From: Octopus vulgaris
Lineage: Eukaryota
Reading direction: 5' to 3'
NCBI GenBank assembly: GCA_951406725.2
Contig: OX597819.1
Span: 101,928,001-101,992,000, forward strand
Length of the DNA stretch: 64,000 bases
Shown: positions 40,833 to 53,179 of the stretch, piece after piece
Layout of the letters: every line of letters starts with the position of its first letter
Position numbering within the stretch: position 1 is the first letter of the stretch
Made by a program: the position numbers and the translations under genes
The notes under the pieces: generated by a model
Databases searched by the model: none
Told to the model about the DNA's origin: nothing
The model's input: the letters and a program-made list of their open reading frames with translations, nothing else

Positions 40833-41462
40833 CGTAATAAGAGGTATCTTGTTAAATGAACTCTGTTTCGCTCGGATTTAATGCACCATGTTTTTAGTCC
40901 CCGTAGGCTTAAGCCGTTGTCCCATACATAAACATGTAATTTAAATCGTAGATATGCTATAACTGAAACAATAAAGAACAAAATATTTCATCTTAGATCT
41001 GTAGGATCAGTGCTGACCTCTGGATTAGCACCACCAGCAATAGTAACATCAACAAATATAATGGGAAGGACAACAAAGAAGCGTAACAAAAACCCAACAG
41101 CTACAACAGCAATGAACAAAGGAAAGAAAGACAGCTACAGCAATAAACAGAATAATCACGATAACCGCGCATACGCATAATAATGGCAAAAATAGCTTCA
41201 AAAACGACAGCAACAACAACGATAACAACAAAGACGGCCATAATACATAAAACTAGAAAACCCGAAAAAAAATAAAAAACAAGAGAAAAACAATGAAAAA
41301 GCGAAGTAATATTAGGATAATCATAACGACACAAACAAGAAGATACTTTAATAGGTCAAATGTGACTTTTATAGGTCAGTAGCTTGAAGATTGATAGACG
41401 AACAGACAGATAAATAGATAGATGAATAATCATATAGGCATACATGCATACATACATACGTG

Positions 41463-41502
<40 letters not shown>

Positions 41503-41535
41503 TATATATATATATATATATACACGTATACACAA

Positions 41536-41576
<41 letters not shown>

Positions 41577-41730
41577 TATATACATACACGTATGGGTGTA
41601 CAAACTGAGTTACGTAGACAGATATGAAGCGAGTGAGCGAGGGTCAGATATGACGATAGAGGAGAGAAAGGGGTGTAGAAAGAAAGCTGTATGAATAAAA
41701 CATAGATGAATAGATGTATACACAAATCTC

Positions 41731-41791
<61 letters not shown>

Positions 41792-41901
41792 GCACGCACG
41801 CACGCACACATATACACATATATATATATAAGAAAAATAGCTCGAAGTCTCAGTGCTTCATGAACATTTTATATGCAGGCACATCTATCTTTCTATCAAT
41901 A

Positions 41902-41933
<32 letters not shown>

Positions 41934-42039
41934 TCTATCTATCTATCTATCTATTAATCTATATGACTATAAACTCTCTCTGTATGTATCTGTTACCGTG
42001 TCTCTTTCATTTGTTTCAGCCAAACATTGAGGCAAAACT

Positions 42040-42452
42040 TGACCACAACCTTTCAGTGTGCTGGGTTTCTATTTCGTATTATTTCTGGGGAAGTAGTGAA
42101 CTGCACAGAGCTGCTCATCCCGCAGCGATGTGGGTTCACCTAGTATCTTAGATAAAAGTCTTAATGATATCCACACCTACAACGTGCATATATCTCATGC
42201 TCTTTCGCAGAACAGTTGTAGACCCTTTAAAATCAAGCTGTTACTGTACTGCGTACTTATTCAAGACGGAGAAGACGGAATATTTAATACTATGCAGTGC
42301 GTTCCTGCCCGGCGGCTGAAATAACTCTCAATTCCATAGATGGGTCCTAGATTTTCCAGGATCTTCCTTATGTACATAACTGCATTTCTTTCACAACTTC
42401 TTACTTGGGAGTAAAGTTTCAGTTCCTTTAGCGTTACCCAATAGCTTGTCAT
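42040..42452 (-). mobile_element. CR1-group LINE 3' remnant
   Basis: SYWVTLKELKLYSQVRSCERNAVMYIRKILE is homologous to DYWDRLKALKLYSLQRRRERYII in the 50-51 kb LINE. Confidence 0.75.
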
Positions 42453-43257
42453 ATGTGCATATATAAACGCTCATAAACACATACACGCATATATACATGC
42501 ACATACACATATGCAGACACAGTGCAAAGGGAATGTGACAAACGTTTAAACTAATAAATGCGACTTAAAGCTATTTAATAAATAATACTGCATAAATATG
42601 CATAAATGCATACGCACACAGACATAATCACTTCCACTTACATGCTTACTCGGACAATCCACCACACACATACACAACACCCACATACATACACACACTC
42701 ACAAAGAACAGACAAACACATATATATATACAGACGTGTGTACGAGTGAGCGTCCATGAGTTTCTGGGTATGCGCATATATTATATAGTTTACTTGTATA
42801 TATATGTGTGTGTGTGTGTGTGTGTGCTTGTGTGTGTGTGTGTGTGCTTGTGTATGAGTGTGTACGTTTGTGTGTGAGTTTCTGTGTACATGTCAGTATG
42901 TATGCAGATGTAATATACGTAATATGTGTGTATGTGTAGACGAAACTACGTAATTTCCTGGAGACTGAAAGCTGGGTTTAGTAAAAACAAAATGGCCGCC
43001 ACCTATAATATATCGTGGGAAAGTCTAGGAGTAAAATGGAAATTACAATCTGTAATCAACTGTCACTATGTGTTGCCGACATCACATCTGCTTTACACGG
43101 CCGGAAGACATTCAGATAATTAGCATATATGTATGAAAGAGCAGAGGCATAGCTATATTTCCCTCTGTGCCTTTGTGCGATATGTATTAGTATCCATATG
43201 TATATATTTATATACATATGTATGTATATGTATGAGTATATGTATATCTATGTATGA

Positions 43258-43312
<55 letters not shown>

Positions 43313-43328
43313 CATATATATATATATA

Positions 43329-43373
<45 letters not shown>

Positions 43374-43604
43374 ATATATGTATGTATATATATATATGTA
43401 TGTAGGTATATATGTATATACGTGCACAAATATGTATAAATGCATACATATATGTCTACATATATATTGGCGTACACACAAATGCACACGCACACACACA
43501 CATAGATATATGATAATAGATTCAAATCATTTTAAAAAACTGTTGCGGAAAAAAGGATATATTTGAAAGTTAATAATATATATGCATATAAATATATGTG
43601 TGTG

Positions 43605-43638
<34 letters not shown>

Positions 43639-43674
43639 GCACACATACGTATATATACTCACACACACACACGC

Positions 43675-43708
<34 letters not shown>

Positions 43709-44696
43709 GTATGTATATACACATACACACACATATATACCAACACGCATACACATACATATGCATGGATATAAATATATATATATACGCACTCTCTCTC
43801 ACGCGCACACGCACACACACGCACACACACGCACACATATGTATGTATGTATGTATGTATGTATAATTAGCAGGGATAAATATTACCTTTTGATATATAT
43901 ATATATATGCATACGAGCGTCAGTGCACGTAATTATTATGCTTCTACGTATGACTAAACACATACAAGAAAGAGGAGAGGAGAGAGGAGAAGAAATGTAT
44001 GAGAGGGAACGAGAGAGAGAGAGAAAGAGAAGACGAGTACAAGAGAGACCAGAAGTGTAATTTTAGCCATTTAGAAACAAAGAAATGTTTGACTCAATAT
44101 TCATTTATTTTTCCCTAGTACACTCTATTATGATGTGTCAACATGTTTCGTCACATGTCTGCGTCTTAATTTCCATTTCGTTAGTTACAACTTGTTTACC
44201 GTCAGCTTTTATAAAACTAAATTGTTTGCTTTTCTTTTTCTTCATTTTTCTTTTTCTTCATTTTTGTGGTCGCTTGTTTTTCAAAATAACAAACCAATTT
44301 GAAAACCAACAAATAAAAGAAACAAGTGCTGTGTAGAAAATTACCATTAACCCCTAACCCACCCCAAAAAAGAAAAAGCAAATAAGAAAAAATGGAACTA
44401 TATTGTATTCGTCTGGACTAAATATTTATTTGCGACAGATATAGTAGAACTATAGGACTCTCCATATTTCATTACTATGGAGAATCTGAAAAATTGTGAA
44501 ACCGGTTCGGCAATTATAAAAGAACTTTCTGAAAGTGTATATTCAACTACGTTTCATTGCTTTATGACTCTACTATGGGGAAAATACTTATTCTACTCTG
44601 TGTGTGCGTGTATGTGTGTGTGTGTGTTTGTGTGCGTATGTGTGTGTGTGCGTGCGTCATTGTGCGTGTTTTTATGTGCGTATATATCTATATACA

Positions 44697-45862
44697 CACG
44701 ATGGGGTACCCTAAAGTAAACGTAAACTTTCTCTGTGGTACAAGCCCATTGTAGTTCATGCTTCCTCTGCTAGAAGCTACTGGATGCAAACCTCAGGCAC
44801 CAGTATGCCGACCGGCGTCGTCAACTGAATTCGTACTGCCACGTAGTCTGTCTTTGTTTTGCAGTGTTTCTTTCCTGATCGTCGATTTTTGCTGATGCCA
44901 TAAAACGAAGAAAGAACGTGCGTCTGTGGGATTCTGTTCCCTACTGGGGAAAATGGTGGTCGGAACCAATGCCATACTGCAAACAGCTTACAAGGGCGCT
45001 GCCATGAGCAGAACACACGTTTACGAGTGGTTTCCATACTTTAGGAATGGTCACTTATCACTTGAAAATCAATTTCGTTCAGTGTGATCGTCGACCTCCC
45101 GAACGAAAGAAAATATCATGAAAATTCCTGAACTGTCTTTGGATAACCGTCACCGAAGCATTGACGAATATGCTGATATGACTGGTGTGTCCTGGATCTG
45201 CAAGAGCAAACGGCAGCCGAAACTGTTGTCATGCTTCAAACAGCTTACAAGGGCACTGCCACAAGAAAAACACATGTTTACGAGTGGTTTTCACACTTCA
45301 GAAATGGTCACTTTTCACTTGATGACCTACCTTGTGCATTACGGCTGTCGACCTCCCGAATGAATGAAATTATTATGAATAAACAAGAACCGTTCTTGGA
45401 GGACCGCCACAGAACAATTGACGAACATGTCGATATGACCGGTGTGTCCTGGAACCCCTGCCAACTGATTTTCAGCGAGAAATTGCGAATGAAAAAATTG
45501 CAACAAAATTTGTGCCTCGCTTGCTCGCGGAAGATCAAAAGCAGTCATGATGAGAATGCGTATCGTGAACTGAAAGAACAGTTGGAAGTTGGTCCGGACC
45601 TTTATTCGAGTCATCACTAGTGACGAAAGGTGGTGCTACGGAATCTGCAGATGTGGAACTGGCGAAGAAATGATCGACTGTGGTGTTAAAACACATCACT
45701 GCCCAAGAGTTCCATCATTACTTTCAACAGTGGAAAACGCATCTGGACCAATGCTTTGCTTCAAATGGAGAATATTTCGAAGGCGATAAAAGTGTAAGCA
45801 TGTAAAACTGAGCGAACAAAATAATATTGCAAAATTTCAGTTTCGACTGGGTTCGTCTTCGT
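44697..45862 (+). mobile_element. Decayed mariner with duplicated N-terminal segment
   Basis: LQTAYKG...THVYEWF..FRNG...DMTGVSW occurs twice, followed by KFVPRLL and RVITSDERW. Eroded TIR-like ends. Confidence 0.8.
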
Positions 45863-45939
45863 ATATCAAAAATAAATTTGAACTCATGCTTGTACAAAAT
45901 CAAAATGTACTTCAAAAACTATATTCTCTAATTTCAAGG

Positions 45940-46612
45940 TGGTCGCTCATGACATCTAACAATATCAGGTTCTTAGAAATAATTGATGATGAAAGCCTCA
46001 TTTAGAACGCTCGCTGTAACAACAAACTGAGGTGGCCACATCTGGAATACCGTTACTGCCGCCCCCATACTAGGCCTATACTAAACAGAAGATAATTAGA
46101 GTTAATTAAAAATAAACAGAAATTCTAAAAAATTAATAAATGACTGACAAGTCATGATTTTTTAGATGAGCTCTGTTCCTTTTGGCGTTGCTGTGAATGT
46201 AACACCCTCCGCATTATGTCGAAAATATGTCAACCGTGTTGTTAGAATGACCTTTCAGAACACGCATGAATATATTGCACAGGGTTGGGAGTCTGTTCCA
46301 TATGCCTTTTATAAAAATAAGATTAACAGCAGAAAATAACATACTGTGACAGAACTAGACGGCTTCAACGACGCAAATCAGGAAAGAAAATGGTCCCAAA
46401 TCCTCCAAATTCTTTCAAGAATACCAGAAATTCTGGACAAATTCTTTGAAGAATACCAGAAAACCATCTCATCGAAAAAAAGTGTGACCAAAAGCAAATC
46501 TAACTGGAATATGGTGACAAAACATGACTTAATCATAACTTCAATCCTTTAACAGATGGTGCTAATAGCTAGACATGGTCTGAGCTTAGAGAGACCAAAA
46601 CATATTTAGGTC
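45940..46612 (+). mobile_element. Decayed CR1-group LINE 3' portion
   Basis: RPHLEY at about 46030 and LDKFFEE. The 3' UTR CAGATGGTGCTAATAGCTAGACATGG...AAACATAT matches 50643-50700. Confidence 0.65.
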
Positions 46613-46847
46613 ACATACACACACACACATACATATACATGTGTGTGTATAAAAGAGACTCTTACTATACTCAGCTGAAGAGATGCATCTGCCGGTATCG
46701 TTCAATGGTAGTAATCAACACTGTCTGCTATTTATACTACATGGAACATTCACCAATGAACAGCGGGTAATGATTTATTGAAACAATTATAGTAATATGT
46801 AATAAAGAATATTCGACCCATTTTCTCCCATTAATGTTTATATAGAG

Positions 46848-47430
46848 AGAAAATAGTCTAATATTGGCTCACATAAGCCCTCAGTGAGGAGGACTCGAAC
46901 TCACACATCTTATCCTCGCGATAAGTGTGCTATCCAATTACAACAGCCTACCCACCAACTTCTTTCCGCTAGATTTAAGAGATATAATTTCATAATTTTG
47001 TTTTTAAATAAACAAATATGTGCAGTCACTGTGTTAACTGGAAAAGCAGTGACGAGTGAAAATTCTGTAAATAATAATAATTATTATAAGCTTTTAAGCT
47101 TATAATTATTATTATTAATGGTGATAATCATGTATCGTCTGAAGGAAATTGTCTAATACTGGGGGTATATAATACTAGGGTATACTGGGGTATATATAAT
47201 ATTGGGGTTATATATAATACTGGGGTATATAATACTCGGAGTATATAAGCCCTCAACGGAAAAGTGAATATTACTACGCATGAGAAAACAGTAGTATGAA
47301 ATTATCTAATAGAAGGGTGTTGGTGTTTAGGTTCGTGTAATCGGTTAACGCACTTCTAAGTTCAATTCCCCTGCGTTCTAATACCCACTTCATTCCGTCG
47401 AGGGCTTACATGTCCAAATTTTAGGTTGTT
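46848..47430. repeat. Diverged inverted repeat with tRNA-like arms and a central ~16-bp minisatellite
   Basis: Arms share TAAGCCCTC, CACCAAC and ATAATTTCATA in opposite orientations. TAATACTGGGGTATA variants lie at about 47154-47245. Confidence 0.55.
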
Positions 47431-47663
47431 TTTTGGGGGGTGGAGGGAGCAATACACAATTATCGCTTTTAAGCTTATAATTATAGTTTACGGAATGTGT
47501 GTGTAGAGAGAGAGAGAGGGGGGCGAGAGACATGTACGTTTTTTTAATGTCGGACGAATAAGAAAGGAGTGCTCAAGAGATATTGTAGAGGATATGGTCT
47601 CTATTTAAATTGAAACTGAGAGCTTGTCTCGTGACTCTAATTTCACGCTACAGCATGTACACT

Positions 47664-47732
<69 letters not shown>

Positions 47733-48109
47733 TCACACACACACACACATACACACACACGCACACACACACTAATACACGTAATTTGCTTATTCTTTGA
47801 AATGCGTGTTGCCAGCGTATTAAAAACATACAAAAACAGGATCATAAAACCTGTATTTCGAAATGAAGTCCCTTGAGATTCAACAATTAAAACATCGTCC
47901 CTTATCACAGTTTCCGTCAAAAATTATATTAAGTGAACTAAGGATTGGTCTCTTAGAAACCTGTTAACCACAACATGGATGTATGTGTGTGTTTCTGTGT
48001 GTGTATGTGCGTGTAAGTGTGTGTGTGTGTATTGAACGATGGTATTTATTATGATTGTTTTGGCGATGAGAATCGTGATCATGCTACTTTTAATATAGAC
48101 TGGTGTTGG

Positions 48110-48282
48110 TGACGGTGGTGGTGGTACTGGTGGTGGTGGTGGTGGTGGTTGTGGTGGTGACGACGCTGATGATGACCATGGTGGTGATGTTGATAGTGGT
48201 TGCTGATCTTGATGGTGGTGATGGTAATGGAAATGGTGGTGTGGATGGTGGTGAGTGTTAGTGATGAAGATGATGTTATGAG

Positions 48283-48313
<31 letters not shown>

Positions 48314-48400
48314 GGTGGTGTTAGTGGTGGTGGTGGTGGTGGTGGTGGTGGTGGTAGTGGTGGTGGTGGTGGTGGTTGTGGTGGTTGTGATGATGGTAAT
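48110..48400. repeat. (GGT)n/(GAT)n/(GTT)n low-complexity block
   Basis: Read directly from the sequence. Confidence 0.9.
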
Positions 48401-48813
48401 ATTTTTGTTATTATTAGTCCCCATCAATGCCAGGATTAACCTGATTCTCAGCATTAACCTACTAACGTAATCGATTTAAAAACAACAACAACAACTGTTA
48501 AATAAATAATGAAAGAAAAAAAAAGACATACACAAAACAAAAGAGTGTGGAAACGGCAGGGTTAAGATAGAGGGGTGTAATGAATGATGACTGACAGCCA
48601 TACAGACAGACTGACAAACTGCAGAGGGACTGACAGACATACAAGAGAGAGAAGAGGAAAGATAGAAGGGAGAGAGAGAGGGAGAAGAAAGATGAGGAGA
48701 GAGAGGAGGCGGATGAGAAGTGACCTGTTTCTTCTTGATCGATACCGAGTTCATTACTGACAGCAGAAGTGTGTCAGTGGTTAATATGATATTTGAGTGC
48801 GTGTCACAGTGAC

Positions 48814-48941
<128 letters not shown>

Positions 48942-50208
48942 CAGTGGTTCGACAAAATAATGGAATTACCAAGCATTATAGCATCATAATTTTGAAATAT
49001 CGATAAAACCGTCAAAAGCTTGTTTATTTTTGTTGTTTTTTATTCATTATTAGTGTTGTTTAATTTGTTTTGCTAAAATTACTGTTTCTTTTCAGATATC
49101 ATCAGAAAAAGGTAATTACAATTCATTAAAATGACAGATCTGTCGAACTTTCAAAGAGGTCAAATTGTTGTTGCTCGTACGACTGGCGCTAGCGTAACGA
49201 AAACAGTTGAAATGTTTGGTGTATCAAGAAGTACTGTCTCAAAAGTAATAACAGTCTTTGAGAAAGAGGGAAAAACTTCCTCGTCGAAACAAAACTCCGG
49301 AAGAAAAGCAAAACCTACAGATAGGGATAGTCGGACCTTACGCGAAATGTTAGAAAGGATCAGAAAAGGACAGCTCCCAAAATTACTGCGGAGCTTAATG
49401 ACCACCTCGAGAACTCAGTTTCCGCAAAGCTGGATTTCACGGGAGGACTGCAATCAGAAAAACCACTACTTTTAAAGACAAATTTTGCAAAGTGTTTAGA
49501 TTGGAGTAAAAACCTACAGAATTGGTCCCTAGAGCAATGGAAGGATATTATTTTCTCGGACGAGTCATCCTTTGCCTTATTTATGACTACCGGCCAAGTA
49601 TACGTGTGGAGACAGCCAAAAGAAGTATTTGACCCAGACGGCCATCATCCAACTGTTAAACATGGAAGATGATCTGTAATGATCTGAGGTGGGGTGGGAG
49701 CTACATCTTGGAAATCCACCGGCCCAAAGGTTTCCCTTCATGGCATTATTAATAGCCATGACTTTTTAAGCATTTTATCTGACCAGATTCATCTAATGCT
49801 TCTGGAACTGTTTCCAGGGGGGGAAATGCAATCTTTCAGGATGATAATGCACCAATTCACACAGCTAAAGTTGATGCTGAATAGCACGAGGAACACTAGT
49901 TAAGTTGAACATCTTATCTGGTCACCACAGTCCCCAGATCTCAATATTATTGAACATTTATAGCGCATTTTCGAAAAACAAGTAATGAGTCAATATTCAC
50001 CATCATCATCTCTAGAAGACCTGGAGACTGTTTTAATTGAAGAATGGAGAAAAATTCCTTTGGAAACAATTCAAACTGTGTACGAGTTCATACCTCGTTG
50101 AATTCAAGCTGTAATTACTGCCAAACGATGTCCTACGACATATTAAAAAAATTAAAATAATTTTGTTTTGAAATGTTAAGGTGTTTCCATTATTTTGTCG
50201 AACCCCTG
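48942..50208 (+). mobile_element. Full-length but inactivated Tc1 (DD34E) transposon
   Basis: TIRs CAG(T/G)GGTTCGACAAAATAATGGAA, with TA on both sides. Transposase MTDLSNFQRGQIV..., FSDES, QDDNAPIH and SPDLNIIE, broken by frameshifts and stops. Confidence 0.93.
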
Positions 50209-50218
50209 TATATATGTA

Positions 50219-50716
50219 TATTGGGATCGCCTAAAAGCCTTGAAACTCTACTCTCTCTCCAGCGTCGCCGTGAGCGGTACATCATTTGTACGATGTGGAG
50301 AATATACCGCCAACTTTGCCCAAACGACCTGAACATTAGCTTCAAGGTTCATCCAAGACTGGGACCACGGGCCATACGTCCCCTGCCAAATTTAAGATCA
50401 CAGAATATATGTACACTGCAACATTATTTCTTTTCCTCAACAGGCCCTGTCCTATTTAACAGTGTCCCGAAAGGAATCAAAGAGGAAAAGGATCCCATCA
50501 ACTTTAAACGGAGTCTGGATAGATTCCTTCAAGGAATTCCAGATGAGCCACCCATAATTGAATACAACTCACCCAACAAAAACTCACTACTTGAATGGAC
50601 CATAAAAAAAACTTGACTTAAACAGGATTTAGATAACCTTATCAGGTGGTGCTATTAAGTTAGACGTGGCCTGGACCAATCTTTGGTCGAAACATATCTA
50701 AGTTTTATCGAAGTAT
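50219..50716 (+). mobile_element. CR1-group LINE 3' end (ORF2 C-terminus and 3' UTR)
   Basis: LQRRRERYII...GPVLFNSVP...FKRSLDRFL..IPDEP. Terminal hairpin GACCAA-TCT-TTGGTC. Confidence 0.88.
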
Positions 50717-50763
50717 TATATATATAGGCATATATATATGTATGTATATATATATATATATAT

Positions 50764-51452
50764 ATTCAAGTAGTGAGTTTTTGTTGGGTGAGTTGTATTC
50801 AATTATTGGTGGCTCATCTGGAATTCCTTGAAGGAATCTATCCAGACTCCGTTTAAAGTTGATGGGATCCTTTTCCTCTTTGATTCCTTTCGGGACACTG
50901 TTAAATAGGACAGGGCCTGTTGAGGAAAATAAATTATGTTGCAGTGTACATATATTCTGTGATCTTAAATTTGGCAGGGGACGTATGGCCCGTGGTCCCA
51001 GTCTTGGATGAACCTTGAAGCTAATGTTCAGGTCGTTTGGGCAAAGTTGGCGGTATATTCTCCACATCGTACAAATGATGTACCGCTCACGGCGACGCTG
51101 GAGAGAGAGTAGAGTTTCAAGGCTTTTAGGCGATCCCAATAATCGAGAGCAGCCATGCCTTCAATTCGTTTAGTGAGTGCCCTCTGGGGTGATTCAATCC
51201 TCGAGATGTTTTGTCTTGTATGAGGAGACCACAGTGGGCAGCAGTATTCGAGGTGTGGCCGTACAAAGGAGGAGAAAAGTGGTATGATGACACCTTGTTC
51301 TCTGGACCGGAAAGTACTTAAGATCCAGGAACTCATTCTACGAGCTATATCGGCCTTATTGTTGATGTGTGCACTCCAACTGAGATCGTCATCAACAATT
51401 ACACCCAGGTCTCTGATATTGTTAGAGGCTGTAAGCGGTTCCCCTGGAGGAA
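50764..51452 (-). mobile_element. CR1-group LINE fragment, inverted relative to 50219-50716
   Basis: IRDLGVIVDDDLSWSAHI...VRPHLEYCCPLWSP...YWDRLKALKLYSL. 50764-51141 mirrors 50219-50596. Confidence 0.9.
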
Positions 51453-51806
51453 TATATATATATATACACACACCTGTCGTTGTCTATTTACAATACTTTT
51501 TTATTATTATTACGTAACAGGACGCAACGCAACCCGATTCTTATTAATGATAGGTTATATATATATATATATATTTATATATGAGGATAATATCGATATC
51601 TAAGTGTCGAAATTATCAAGTGGCCAGCATGAAAGAAATACCTTAGAAAGGTAAAAAATTTTAACAATTAAAAATGAGGGTGTCTAAAAGACACCAACAT
51701 GCCGAAATAGCAGTCGAAACTCTGACTGTAAAACCACGTTAAATGTTCATATCGCACCATGAGGCAAAGCGGAGGGACAAAACATACAAGCAAAAATTAT
51801 TGAATA

Positions 51807-51866
51807 ATTCAAGATCCAAGGATTTCTGGTTCTGCTTTAGATAAGCTTTACCGTCATCAATTGAAT
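51807..51866 (-). ncRNA. Minimal hammerhead, C3U variant (inverted copy)
   Basis: Reverse complement of 52200-52259. Confidence 0.65.
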
Positions 51867-52199
51867 ATATCAAGGGTACATAAATACAGATATATATATG
51901 CACAGCAAACGATATACTTACATATACGAGCGTCGTACATACATACATATGCACGTATGGACACAGCCAGTTTGAATCGTCCGCCAAATCACCGCATAAG
52001 TACGAAATGGTTAAAATAAGCACCGTTATTATATTCACTGCGGTGCTTATTTTAACCATATCGTACTTATGCGGTGATTTGGCGGGCGATTCAAACTGGC
52101 TGTGTCCATACGTGCATATGTATGTATGTACGACGCTCGTATATGTAAGTATATCGTTTGCTGTGCATATATATATCGGTATTTATGTACCCTTGATAT

Positions 52200-52259
52200 A
52201 TTCAATTGATGACGGTAAAGCTTATCTAAAGCAGAACCAGAAATCCTTGGATCTTGAAT
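52200..52259 (+). ncRNA. Minimal hammerhead, C3U variant
   Basis: ATTCAA - TTGATGA - 27-nt helix II (GGT..GCTT..AAGC..ACC) - GAAA - TCC TT GGA - TC - TTGAAT. Confidence 0.68.
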
Positions 52260-52681
52260 TATTCAATAATTTTTGCTTGTATGTTTTGTCCCTCCGCTTT
52301 GCCTCATGGTGCGATATGAACATTTAACGTGGTTTTACAGTCAGAGTTTCGACTGCTATTTCGGCATGTTGGTGTCTTTTAGACACCCTCATTTTTAATT
52401 GTTAAAATGTTTTTTACCTTTCTAAGGTATTTCTTTCATGCTGGCCACTTGATAATTTCGACACTTAAATATCGATATTATCCTCATATATAAATTTATA
52501 TAATTCGTTATTATATTCACTGCGGTGCTTATTTTAACCATATCGTACTTATGCGGTGATTTGGCGGGCGATTCAAACTGGCTGTGTCCATACGTGCATA
52601 TGTATGTATGTACGACGCTCGTATATGTAAGTATATCGTTTGCTGTGCATATATATATCGGTATTTATGTACCCTTGATAT

Positions 52682-52741
52682 ATTCAATTGATGACGGTAA
52701 AGCTTATCTAAAGCAGAACCAGAAATCCTTGGATCTTGAAT
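52682..52741 (+). ncRNA. Minimal hammerhead, C3U variant (tandem copy)
   Basis: Identical to 52200-52259, 482 nt downstream. Confidence 0.68.
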
Positions 52742-52871
52742 TATTCAATAATTTTTGCTTGTATGTTTTGTCCCTCCGCTTTGCCTCATGGTGCGATATG
52801 AACATTTCAGTCAGAGTTTCGACTGCTATTTCGGCATGTTGGTGTCTTTTAGACACCCTCATTTTTAATTG

Positions 52872-52910
<39 letters not shown>

Positions 52911-53179
52911 TCATGTGTTTGTGTGTATGTGTGTGTGCAATGACTGGAACAATAAAAAGGGCATGTGTCACGTTTCTACTCTATTTCAGTCTATCAAATT
53001 CACTCAGAAAGCATTGCTCGACACTGTGTTTACCATGTAGCAGAATTGAACCCGTAAATACATAGTGGTGAAGTGAATTTGCGAAGAACACATGATATGG
53101 CTGTTTACAAATTTGTAATGCCCTTTAGATCTACGATCATACTACTTATAATCACACACTAATATTGATATCAAACTTC

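Larger units (their letters stand above)
51571..52873. mobile_element. Inverted + tandem repeat array (482-bp unit), Penelope pseudo-LTR or retrozyme-like
   Basis: 51571-52025 is the reverse complement of 52041-52495. The unit starting CGTTATTATATTCACTGCGG occurs at 52024 and 52506. Both ends lie in (TA)n. Confidence 0.88.

Noticed and set aside
47154-47245. Short repeat array resembling CRISPR
   Set aside because: No unique spacers, eukaryotic context and no cas genes. It is a minisatellite.
47924-48454. 176-aa Thr/His/Pro-rich ORF
   Set aside because: Derived from (GGT)n/(GAT)n low-complexity sequence.
50665-50700. Hairpin followed by GAAAC at the CR1 3' end
   Set aside because: No CUGANGA. 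It is most likely the ordinary LINE 3' terminal stem-loop.
51739-53040. Three near-identical 106-171 aa ORFs with a hydrophobic N-terminus that look like a secreted peptide family
   Set aside because: They arise from the inverted/tandem repeat unit. Two of the starts span the hairpin junction, and no known domain is present.
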